Of a stretch of DNA of 64,000 bases, positions 52,973-64,000 are shown in pieces. The notes beneath the pieces were generated by a model that worked only from the letters and a program-made list of their open reading frames with translations, had not been told where the DNA came from and made no database searches. The number at the start of each line of letters is the position of its first letter. Position 1 is the stretch's first letter. This DNA comes from Podarcis pityusensis (Eukaryota), in the NCBI GenBank assembly GCA_964106645.2, contig OZ067048.1. The stretch is one strand, 5' to 3'. The position numbers and the translations under genes were made by a program.

Positions 52973-54595
52973 GTACAGTATTTATTTATTTATATTTTTT
53001 AAAGTTTTGTACAAGAAACCTGGTGCGTACCATTCATTCAATAGATGGCTTTCCTTCTGGAGGCTGACTATTAGCAACTCGTGCTTATCCAGCCTTAAAG
53101 CTGATTTATCCAGGGCTCACCAAGTTGACTACAGTGAGAGCAATAAGATGCAGCCGCAGGTTCGGTGCAGACCAGATCCCTATTGGAATATTTTGAACAC
53201 AACCTTATCATATCCTATATCCCAGTGCTGCCCATTTGGCACTTAAAATCATGAATCTAAATTTAAGGCAACCTAGCATTTAAGTAATTTATAAACATAT
53301 TTTTGTGTTAGCTGGCTGTAATTTTAAATGGAGCATAAAGGCATCAAAGAATTCCACTGCAATATTTGGTATGTCTTTCATATTCATCTCTTATTTGAAG
53401 CTAGAGGAGCTCTCAGAACCTATAAATAACTCAGTTATCACAACCCTCCTTTGGTGGTGGTTTTGAACCACATATATTTGGCTAGTCAAGTGGAAAATTG
53501 CTAAAAGCCTACGGATTAATAGAACCACTTAAACATAATAAAGCTGAAGCCTGAATGCTCCCCACACAGAGATGGGACATGCAGTGTAGGTGAAGATGCA
53601 TTCCCAAGTCAATGAATAGAAAAATAGCACAAGTGTAATGATATAAAATGAAGCACTTCTTGCAATTATCAATCCTCTGAACTGTGTAATCCTATTTCAT
53701 CCTCATTCAGTCTTTCTGATAACGGCTAACAAATGTCACTGCTGTATTAAAGCGGGTGTTCAGCAGCTGGCCCTTTCAATTGCACTCTAGTCCTTTCCAT
53801 GTTTCTATCAAGTGCATCCTGTATATAACTCTGTTTTTGTCATTTAGAAAGGCTAGGTGATTCAAGGCATGCTGCAACAAAGTCACTGAGGGTTTTTTAA
53901 TTTTAAATTTTAAAGGGTAGTATGAGGACCTGGCCTCTCCAGTTTTGTCACCATGTACAACTTTGATAGCCATTCTTTTCGGTAATTGTCTTAGTTGCTT
54001 GCAGCAAATAGATTACTCAGATGCAGCATCAATCCAGCAGGTGGTGAAAGAGAACAGGCCTACATATATACTTGAGCATGCGACTAATTCTCTCTCTCCC
54101 CCCTCCCCACATGGGAGTGAGATTTTAATTTTAACTCTCTGTTTTCCAAATAAGTGAATATGTCCTGCTCTGTTACTAGTGTATAGTTTATATTACCCAG
54201 AAAGCACATCAGCATACTTGGGTCTGCCACTGCTTGGATTCTAAGCTTATAGGCAGGGTTCTTCATATATAATAGGCACCTGCTTTCCTTCTGTCAGTTT
54301 CTTTGTACTGGTCATCCATCAAGGCAAGCAAAGCAGTTTCACTTCCAGATTTGGGCTAGAATCCAGATTGACATGGATCTAGATAATCAGTTTGATTTGA
54401 CAGTGCTTGGAGGTGACCTAGAACCACTTGTTCCAGCACTTTGCTTAACATTAGAAACCAGCCAGGTGTTGATAAAATCCTTTGCGGTCCAAGGAGATTT
54501 ATTTCAGAAGTGGTCCTACAACCACTTCCTTCAAGGTGGCTAGAACTACAGTCTCTGCTAACAAAGCATTTATAACCTCCTAAACTCAGCTTGAA

Positions 54596-54947
54596 GGGAT
54601 GCGGGTAGTGCTGTGGTCTAAACCACTGAGCCTAGGGCTTGCTGATCAGAAGGTTGGCGGTTCGAATCCCTGCGACGGGGTGAGCTTCCGTCGCTCGGTC
54701 CCTGCTCCTGCCAACCTAGCAGTTCGAAAGCACGTCAAAGTGCAAGTAGATAAATAGGCACTGCTCTGGCGGGAAGGTAAACGGCGTTTTCGTGCAGTGC
54801 TCTGGTTCGCCAGAAGCGGCTTAGTCATGCTGGCCACATGACCCGGAAGCTGTCTGTGGACATATGCTCGGCCAGTAAAGCAAGATGAGCGCCGCAACCC
54901 GAGAGTCGTCCACAACTGGACTTAACGGTCAGGGGTCCCTTTACTTT
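54596..54947 (+). mobile_element. Full-length Sauria SINE with perfect 15-bp TSD
   Basis: tRNA-like head (B box GGTTCGAATCC), ccctttac tail; TAAACTCAGCTTGAA at 54581-54595 and 54948-54962. Confidence 0.94.
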
Positions 54948-56014
54948 TAAACTCAGCTTGAACATTGCCTCCCTGGTTAATGTGGTAAGCCCTGAAAAAA
55001 CAAGCTCACAAGTGAGTCCATATCTTTAAATTGTAACAATTGAAACTCAAGCCACAAAACCAGACTACACTGTTCAGTGGACTCTGGATTGACTCATTTA
55101 AAAAGTGCCATATAGCTCAGGGGTGAATGCAAGCAATTTTGGCCTTTCATTATCAAATGAACTACACAACCCTGCCACCTCATGGATGTAATTGAGCAGT
55201 TCTGGTAGCACTCTGAAAGCAAAATTGTACAGAGCTCAATGCATGTCCGCAGTGGTGCATCTGACGTTGGAGCCAGAGTTCTGCTGAAGCCAAATGTTTT
55301 CAGCCAGTAGCCATTCAATGATAATCACAGGATTCAGTCCTTTTGAGCTTGATTGGTCCATGAAGAAGACATGCATTGCTTTCCTCCTAAAACAAAATGC
55401 TAAATTATAAACAGTTGAGCATGTTTGAAAAATACAAAGAGCTTGGCCATGCCCAGTGGAATTTGACTTTTTATCTTTGAAGAGCAGATCCTCACTACCA
55501 CCACCAGCCCCCTCAGTTTCAAAAGAGATTTGTCACACAGCAAGTGGGACTGCTGTACAAGTTCAAAGCTCCCTTTGTTGTCTGCTACTGGTTGTGCAGT
55601 TGTTTGGATCTTGGCCACCACTTTTCAGTTCCCCTCATGATCTCTTAGAGTTCTACAGCTGACTTCACTTGTAATGTAAAACTTAAGTGGAAGCTAACAG
55701 CAGAAAGAAGCATTGCTCACTCTGTAGATCTGGACATGGAATTGCCTAGCTCAGTGAAATCACGGGTCAAAGTGCTGTCAAAGTGGAGGCGTGATGAAAA
55801 TGTTCCCTCAAAAAGCCCCACAAGCAAGAACTGGTATAACAAGAGGATGACTTGGGTAGGTGGGACCAGTAAAGATCAATGATTGCCTGTGATATTGATG
55901 TAAGAGGAAACTTTCTTCCTAACTATGTAATTGTGCACATCTCCTGATCTGCTGTTCTGTTTGGAAGAAAATGGTTCAGTAACAATTTATGCCTTGAAAA
56001 TTCTTACTTGACAG

Positions 56015-56151
56015 AGTGGCAACAAAGTGTCAATTACTACAACAGCCTTTGAGAATACTTCAATAAAAACAGGACCAGCTAGAAGAAATAGCTATAGGGG
56101 CCGAATGGTTAGACGGAGTAAGAAAACAAAAAAGAAGGAGAGTTTGGAAAG
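56015..56151 (+). CDS. MAST4: MAST4 exon 23 [25 protein letters not shown]...KKKESLE
   Basis: cttgacag acceptor, AG|gtaagt donor; 137 nt. Confidence 0.95.
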
Positions 56152-58592
56152 GTAAGTTTGTGGTTGCTTAATACAGAATAAATTGAAGTTTGTTCTCTTT
56201 GCTATTAAGAGGGAGGTGTTGCGGTCCCAGTCGCACAGCCCCCCCCCCCAATGCATGGCTACAGCTAGTGTATAATGAACAAACTCAGGCAGACAACATT
56301 CTGCAATTTTATTGGTTCCAGATGTAGGTGGATTTTGGCTCAGGCATTGTGTGTATATCCACTTCAGCATCCTGCCAGGGGGCTGAAACTTTTCAGGGTT
56401 GCACCAAGGATTATGGCCTCCGCAAGACACCAGTCTACCGTGAAGGCCATCCTAAAGCTGCCTCTGGAAGCTGTATGGCTTGTCTGCCCCACACTTGGCT
56501 TCTGGACAGAGATTTCCACCAAGACCCCTCTAACAGGGTACCTGGAATATGCCACTGGTTCTGATCCAGGTGGTGCACCAATTCACCCTAAATCTTGATG
56601 AGTAGTATTCCACTCAATGCCTTAACTGCTGAAAGTTTTTGCTGTGGGTGAGGCAAAACTTGCAAACGAGGCTAATCTGTTTGCAGGCAAATTCCTTCCT
56701 GGCTCCGAATATGGCAACCATTGGTAACCATAGCAAGGTCAGGTAATACTAAAGGCAAAACGTGGTTAAAACAAGCAACCAAGAAAGCAAAATATGGTTA
56801 GATTGATGGTAACACCAAGTGGCCTAGAATGCAAAACAAGAAAATTGCAGTAGCATGAGAGGTATGGAGGGAGGGTTTGCCAACTGTGCTGGATGTGCCC
56901 GATGCAGTTGGCTTTTATGCATCGCTGGTGGACTGGCATGGAAACATCCGGCTCTGGGTCCACCGGCAAGGATCTGCCTGCTTGGGGACCCCTGATTGGC
57001 TGATTCAAAACTGGGGTTTTGGCAGGCAGTCCTGCCTTGTAGTGCAGCCAGCCGGGGTGAATTTTAACAGCTGCCTGACCCCTGACTGCCTGACGATAGT
57101 GGCAGACCTGCAAAGGACTGCAGTCGCCACCCACACAGAATAGGGTAAGCGGTCGTTTCATCTCAAACATGAAGGCAAGTCCAGTGGTCAAATCAAGTTT
57201 AGTAGTAAGTCAAACCCAGTAGTTCAGTCCAGGTTGGTGCTGCCAGTTCCAAGACAGGACTGCTCAGGATTCTGAATAGTTACCTGTTCCAAGTGTTGAC
57301 TAGAACTCCTGTTGCCCCTTAATTAAAGGTTAAGAACCTTGAAGTCTTATTAGCAAGATACCTCCTATTAGTGCCTTTCCCCTTGAGAAGCTGTCTGCTC
57401 ATTCAAAGCATGGTGGGCATCCTCCAGCCAGTGGGCCAAGCTTGGCCTGCCAGGTATTCAAATTCATCTCATGTGGCAGTTTTCCTATAGCACGTCTCTC
57501 TACCTGTCCCAAACCTGATGTCAGTGCACAACTGGGAGCCTTAAAGTATGCTTCTCAGTTGTGTACTGGCAAGGGAAAGCAGCCTTTGGGTCTTCCACCC
57601 ATCAGCTGAAAGGCAGTATAGCCAATGCCTGCAGGGAACTTGCTCAGGCAGCCAGTGCCAACGGAAAGCATCTCTTCTGTGCAGCACTTTCTACCTGACA
57701 GCCAAAGAGAGCTGAAAACCCTTTTTACCACTTTGCACAGTGGTTCCCAAGCACCCAACAGCTAGCTAGTTGTCAGGTGGGAATCACTGCACAAGGGATT
57801 TTTTTTTAATTTAAGAGATCAATAAATTACAAAACAAACTAACCATACATTTCCTTAAATTATATGGATAGATCAGTCAAAACAAGAAGAAAGATGCATA
57901 ATTTTTCAGATATTATAATTATGTCATGTGAGTGACATGTCACATAGGTTATCCTGTTCACCACCTCAAAGTTGACCCACAGGGTGGGGCCAGATAAGGA
58001 CCCAGCCCACAGAGTCGAAAAGGTTCTCAACCCCTGATGTAAAGAGTCCTGTTCCGTAACCAGTGGCTCCTGTGGCATGAAGGTGGGGTTGTGGCCAGAG
58101 AACATGACACCGCCTCTAATTAGAACCTTACGATTATATATTGTTCTGTTTGTATTGTGAAACTGCACTGAGATATTTCATAGGAAGTGATTCATAAATG
58201 AAATGAAACTGTGATGAGTTTTTCAGAACTTAAAATTTGGGGGTTGGGTTTATTTTTAAATTCTGTTGTCACCTGCAACAGTGACAACCTTTTTTCTTTG
58301 CTTTTAATTTATTATTTAAATAAGTATTTTTTGCATTAAAAGCCACGTGGTACAAATCAGAGCTCTATTCCACATTTCTAATACCACAAGATCTGAGTTT
58401 GTAGAGTTTACACAACTGCAGTTCTAAAACTTTGGTTGCAGTGTTGCCTAAAACCTTGGTAGTCGTATAATGTTTTTTTCACTCCTTGTGGGTAAATTGA
58501 ATGTTGTTATCGCTGAGATAGTACTGTGACACCCTGCTTTTGCCGTGTTGTTGGGAGCGTGTTTTACAGAAGAGCTCTTGTCTTCACATTAG

Positions 58593-58774
58593 GAGAAGAT
58601 CTCTCTTCAAAAAGCTGGCTAAGCAGCCTTCGCCCCTCCTTCATACTAGTCGGAGTTTCTCCTGCCTGAACCGATCCCTCTCATCAGGGGAGAGCTTACC
58701 TGGTTCTCCAACTCACAGCTTGTCTCCCCGCTCACCAACACCCAGCCTCCGCTCCACCCCCGATTTCCCCTCAG
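58593..58774 (+). CDS. MAST4: MAST4 exon 24 [39 protein letters not shown]...PDFPS
   Basis: cacattag acceptor, G|gtgagt donor; 182 nt. Confidence 0.95.
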
Positions 58775-58785
58775 GTGAGTATGGA

Positions 58786-59272
58786 TGTCAGGGACTCGGC
58801 AGAGGAGGAATGGTGGAGACCACCTCCCCAGCCTGACCCAGAGAAGAAGAAGACAGTTCAGAATTGCAACAGGGGTTTGAGGGAAAATACAGCTCAGAGA
58901 CAGATGAGGGGAAAAGCTGGGAAATAATGGGTGAGGAGAGGGAGGAAGAAGAAGCACCAGGAGGACGACAGCTGGCAGAGACAGTGTCTTTAGAAAGCAT
59001 TTCAGAACCCCCTTACCAGAACCCGGCGAGCATTGAAAGTAGGAGAGCAAAGAGCTCAAAGGCAGAGGGCACTTTTCAGCACCTGTAGCAATGGCGCATG
59101 AGAGAGAGAGAAGGGGTGGAGGCTCACTCAGGACAACGCCATTATTCCAAGAGGCTGCATTCCCAAGCCTCTCTCTGTGAATATTGAATAAAAAGCAGGT
59201 GGTATGGACTTTTCCTTGTCTCATCTGTTCCTGGCAAGCTGCCGTTAAGGTTGGTTCCCCTGATGCCTGACA
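58786..59272 (+). mobile_element. 487-bp solo LTR (Gypsy/ERV-type)
   Basis: Termini TGTCAGG...CCTGACA (7-bp inverted), flanks ATGGA/ATAGA (5-bp TSD with one mismatch), internal AATAAA at 59187-59192. Confidence 0.75.
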
Positions 59273-60010
59273 ATAGATACCCACTGAAAGGAAAGCGGGA
59301 TTATCTAATGAAACCCAAGGGCCAACTGTGGTTGCAATCAGATGCTCACACACGAGCAGGCTTTCACAGCCACTTCAATGTACTGGGCAGCTTTGTTGCA
59401 TCTTCAGCAAGTGAAGAGCTTAACTTTCCAAAAGAAAAAGGCCGAAACAAAACAACCAACTTTGAGAATTCCTGTGAATTCTTGAACTAGAGGAAAAATA
59501 TTAAAAAAATTCTTAAGCCAGCAAATATTGCTGCAGTGCAGTTTTCATTATGTCATCTATTCTGTATTTCTTTTTTTGCTTCACTTCCCAGAGCATGTTT
59601 CAGATGGCCTCTGGGTTGATGCTGTCCCTCAGTAGTCCAAAAACCCAGCTAATCACACTATTAAAAGTTTCTGAAGGAGCTGCTTATATTATTCAGCCAT
59701 ATATAGAGAGTGGCTTGTGTTCACTCTGTATTCATATCAGCTCAGGCGGCTAGTATTAGACCATATAGCAGAGTCCTCTTAGAAAATTCAGAAAGTAGGC
59801 CAAGTTCAGTGAATTTAAACTTCAAGGGGAAATGCAGGCAAGGAGGATGAAAAAGCTATAGAGATTTGACCTTTGAAAGCCAGTAATTTTCAAGCCATAT
59901 TGGGTTTGATTATTATTTTCTTCTTGTCTGTATAGAAACAACATCTTTTATAGCTTATTGACAAGCATTGATTGAAGGTTCTAGTGCAGTTCTATTTGTT
60001 TCTCTTCCAG

Positions 60011-63000
60011 GTACAAATTCTTCTCAGAGTAGCTCTCCAAGTTCAAGTGCACCCAATTCTCCAGCTGGTTCTGGGCATATTAGGCCCAGCACACTTCATG
60101 GTTTGGGGCCCAAGCTTGGTGGGCAAAGATACAGGTCAGGAAGACGCAAATCAGCTGGCAGCATTCCTCTCTCTCCTTTGGCACGGACTCCTTCTCCAAC
60201 CCCCCAACCAACATCTCCTCAGCGGTCTCCATCACCTTTACTGGGGCATTCAATTGGAAACACAAAAATAGCTCAGGCTTTCCCTACAAAAATGCACTCT
60301 CCTCCCACTATTGTCAGACACATAGTGAGGCCTAAGAGTGCAGAACCACCCAGGTCTCCTTTGCTCAAGAGGGTTCAGTCAGAAGAGAAACTTGCCCCTT
60401 CTTATGGCACTGACAAGAAACACTTGTGCTCTCGCAAGCACAGCCTGGAAGTAACTCAGGAAGAAGTTAATAGAGAGGTATCTCAACGGGATACAACCCT
60501 TCAGAGCCTGGAGGAGAACGTTTCTGATGTGCCATCACTCACACGAGTGAGACCTGCTGAACAAGGCTGCCTGAAACGTCCCATTTCCAGGAAGTTGGGC
60601 AGGCAAGAATCTGTTGATGAGCTGGATAAAGAAAAATTAAAGGTTAAGATAGTTGTGAAGAAGCAAGATCTGGCAGAGAAACAGGAATATTTGCAGAAAG
60701 CAAGCACCGTACATGAAATTTGTGGTGAATCAGAAAACCCAGTTGCCTCATGCTTAGAAGAGAGAGATAGCAAAAAAGCATTTCAGAAAGCTTTGGAAAG
60801 ATCAAACCACTTTGAAGCTAAAATTGCAGCTCTGGAGACAGAGTCAGTAGGTGGCATGCTAAAAGACACCCTTCAGAAGAATGCAAGCATGAGATCAAAT
60901 GATTGTACTGCTTTGGATGCGCACACACCATGTCATGGGCCTCCACTTAATGAGCTCAGTCATTTGTCTTATGACTTCAAAAGAATCCCCCCTCCATGTA
61001 CATTGCAAAATGTTCTGCCTCACTCATCTGACAAGATGCCGAATGGGAAAGGAGAAAATGTAGATAAATCTGCACCGACAAAAGAACCTGTCAAATTTGA
61101 AAGATTAGATAGTAAGCTTGCAAATATTGATTATCTCCGGAAGAAAATGTCCTTTGAAGAAAAAGATGACAACTCCTGTCCAGTGCTAAAGTCCAAACTG
61201 ACACCAAGTGTACATGAATGCCATCAGCTGAGTGCAGTCAGACCTATAAACATGCTGCAAGATTCCACCTCGGTGACTGAAAGCCGATCATTTATTAGCA
61301 GTGCTCATGCCACTCAGATTAACTCTGTTCCTTTCATTCCTCTCAAAGGATTGACTGGCCGAACAGAAGCTGGTGTGGAGAAATCAGCCTTGATTTCCAC
61401 AGAGTCACCTGTCCGAAAGAGTCCTTCAGAATATAAGTTAGAAGGGAGGTCTGTGTCTTGCTTGAAGCCAATTGAAGGAACCTTAGATATTGCTTTAATT
61501 TCTGGGCCACAGTCTTCAAAGACAGAAGTGTCTTCATGTGCAGTTGCAGGGGGCCAAAATGCCAAAAACGATGGCCAACCACTCATCTGCCAAGGAGGCA
61601 TCAGTGTAAAGGTTGAGCCGTCTTGTCAGAAAGTGCAGCAACCAGTCTTTCAACAATCCAGTCCTTATGAATCTAATCTACTAAAGTTCCAGTCTCCAAA
61701 GCCAAATAAAAGTACTCAGAGCTCACCAGCAATGCCTGTGACCACTGAACAGCAGTCAGAAAAGACACTTTCCAATTTCAGTGCTAAATGTGACCCCTCT
61801 GTAAAGGTGATTAATCAAAAGAAAGAGGTTATTCAGCTTTCAGCACATGAGGCTAAATCCAGCAGTTCCCAAATCCAGAGTTCCACCTTGACAAGTTGCA
61901 AATCTGCCCATGCACAGGGAAATCCTGAGAAAGCCAAACGGAAAGAGAAGAAAACCTATAAAGAAGGACCAGACAACCACACAAGGCCTCAACCAAGTGA
62001 TAGCATCCTTCCAGAGAAGCCTAAGGCAGTTGAGGTTTCTCCATCAAAGAAATCTGTTACAGACGTGTCACCAAATCAGGATGCAAAACGCATTCAGAGG
62101 TATTCCTTTGATTCAGTTGCTCAGCAGCAAATACGTGGAATAGCAAAAGTACAAATAGCAAGCTCGAAAATAAAGTTCAAAGATGTGCTCAAGCCATCGG
62201 TGAAAGAGGATGAGAACACCACTAGAGACTATTCAGCAAATGAGTTGGGCCTGCAGAAAGCAAGTGGATGTTCCAAGCCTGAAGCATCACTTCTGGCTGG
62301 TGTAACCGTGCAAACGGACCAGGGGGAAAAAGAACAGAAGCAGTCCAAAAATGCAGAGCCTCCAGCTGGTAACAAAGAGTCCAGCATTGCTTCTAGGCAA
62401 CAAGGTAGCAATTCTGATCTTTCCGCTGCAAAAGAATTATTAAACAGGCCCTGTGTAGTGGATGCTCCTGGTTGCTGCAGCATTAAAGATAATATGAGAC
62501 CTGCAACACACATGGAAAATAGCACTGTTAAATCTAGACCAGTTCCTGACACTTGTTTCTCGAAATTGAAACATTCTGAAAAACAGACACAAAAGCAAAT
62601 AGCTACAAACGTAAAAGAAAAAGAAACTGGCCCTCATGCTTTGGCCGGCTCCTTGAAGGAGGGGAAAAACATCAATAAGTCTGCACTGGATTCTTTTTCA
62701 CACCCTCCAAGCTCTCGGAGAAAGCTAAATAATGAGCAAATACAGGCAGAAAGGCATCTGGTCATAGAATGTGGGTCAGAACCCTCAATCCACATCAATA
62801 GCACCTTGCCTGAAAAACAGCTCAAATCCTCCAATAAAAAGCAAGCAGCAGCAGCAGCCCCAGATGGCGCTAAGCATTTTCAGAGGCAAGAGATGGCAAG
62901 TTTAAACGATCCTGCTGATCAAAAGCCATTCAGTATACGTACCAAGCAGAACACGCCTCCCAAGACATCGTCAGCTGTAAAAGAGGGCTCCTTGCTGAGC

Positions 63001-63774
63001 AAACCGGCCGACAAGAGCCCAAACATTCAGGCCACCTCTGCGGAAATGCAACCTGAAGGGGGAAAATGCACCGATGCACTTTATTTTCAAACTGACCACG
63101 GGAAGCCAGATCCTAACCTTTCCCTTCTTAGCTGTGATGCCAGAGGAAAAGCAGCGGAAAAGGCAGTCACGGGTGCGAAGAACTTTCAAGACACTAAAGG
63201 GAAAGGGCACATGAATCAAAAGCAGCTATCCGAGGGGAACAAGCAGCATGCTGCAAAACATTCCTCCAGCCCTGCTTTGCAGAGTTCGTGTCGTGCAGCT
63301 TCAAAGCAGCTTGAGTGCCCACCCAGCTTCCCTGAATCTAGGCCGGAAGCCCCTGTTCTGCCTTCAGCAAAGGCTAGCCTGGGGTCCCCCGAGCCACTTG
63401 CACTGAGCAGCAGGGAAGTGAAAAAGCAAGCCGGCTCTTCCTCAGCAGACGGCAGGGCAGAAATGACTAAAAGTGTTTCCCTTTTGGGCTTGCACTATAC
63501 TCCGTCCCCTGTGGAAGAGAACATTCCCACTTCAGACTTGGCGGGGAAGCACAAAAGCCAAGAGAGGTCTCACTCTGCTGTGGACATGAAGGGGAAAGAC
63601 CCCGGTCTGCCTCAGTCTTCTGCCGCGAGAAAACCGAATGTAGGTAAAGATTTGCCAAAGTCAGGGACTCCAGCTGACTCTCCCAATGCACTTTCAGCCG
63701 ACAAAGACTCTGCCCGGCCGAGGAGAGGAAAAGACACCTCCCGAAGCAGCCCTCACAAAAAACCCTCCCAATAG
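60011..63774 (+). CDS. MAST4: MAST4 terminal coding exon (3764 nt; Ser/Pro-rich, largely low-complexity tail ending [10 protein letters not shown])
   Basis: ctcttccag acceptor; the long ORF 59968-63774 in the track; TAG stop at 63772-63774. Confidence 0.96.
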
Positions 63775-64000
63775 CAAGACGTGCAAATAGGACTGCTTAG
63801 TTGAAAACCTAGTGTCTTGTCTTACCTTCAGCACTGTGTAGTATTTTCTTGCAGAAAAAAATATTCAGCGCCACTTAAGCAGGGTGTGTAAAGAAAGGAC
63901 TCGTTTCCTTCCCCCCTCAAAATTCCTTCCCAAATGTAACCGGTTAAACTGTTACCATATTGTATTTGTACAAAAATACTTTTACAATTTGAGAGACAGG
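63775..64000 (+). other. MAST4: Start of MAST4 3' UTR
   Basis: Directly follows the stop codon; no AATAAA seen before the window ends. Confidence 0.8.

Noticed and set aside
54596-54680. tRNA-like sequence with GGTTCGAATCC
   Set aside because: It is the tRNA-derived head of a Sauria SINE, not a tRNA gene.
56217-57400. GC-richer block with several ORFs of 60-140 aa, possibly LTR-retroelement derived
   Set aside because: No recognisable gag/pol motifs or paired termini, so it is left unannotated. A RepeatMasker run would settle it.
58646-59353. 235-aa minus-strand ORF
   Set aside because: Antisense of exon 24 plus a purine-rich LTR; low-complexity Leu/Ser/Pro peptide with no domain.
59968-60010. 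N-terminal 14 codons of the 1268-aa ORF as an independent single-exon gene start
   Set aside because: This is the polypyrimidine tract and acceptor of the last MAST4 exon; the start codon is non-ATG.

Overview
This is vertebrate genomic DNA from a squamate reptile: it carries Sauria and Squam-type SINEs, and the repeat set looks lacertid-like (inference). The whole window lies inside one plus-strand gene, MAST4 (microtubule-associated Ser/Thr kinase 4). I traced 25 GT-AG coding exons from 745 to the stop at 63772-63774. They splice in phase into one open frame of 7054 nt (about 2350 aa; the N-terminal exons lie upstream of the window): DUF1908 region, AGC kinase domain, AGC C-terminal tail, PDZ domain, then a 3.76-kb terminal coding exon. 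The introns hold CR1 and L2 LINE fragments, SINEs, hAT and Tc1/pogo-type MITEs, an internally deleted IR-DR Tc1 transposon, a solo LTR and a Penelope-like remnant. Most short ORFs in the track are intron noise or transposon artefacts. I see no evidence of a wholly new multi-gene system. The four best leads are: (1) a 21-nt frame-preserving microexon (8645-8665) missed by the ORF track; (2) a perfect 174-bp spacerless palindrome with a hammerhead-ribozyme core on both strands, inside a 17-bp target-site duplication (TSD); (3) a sense-strand solo LTR with AATAAA starting at +12 of the last intron, which could truncate MAST4 before its ~1250-aa tail; (4) a Tc1 of a type typical of fish/amphibians, a horizontal-transfer candidate.
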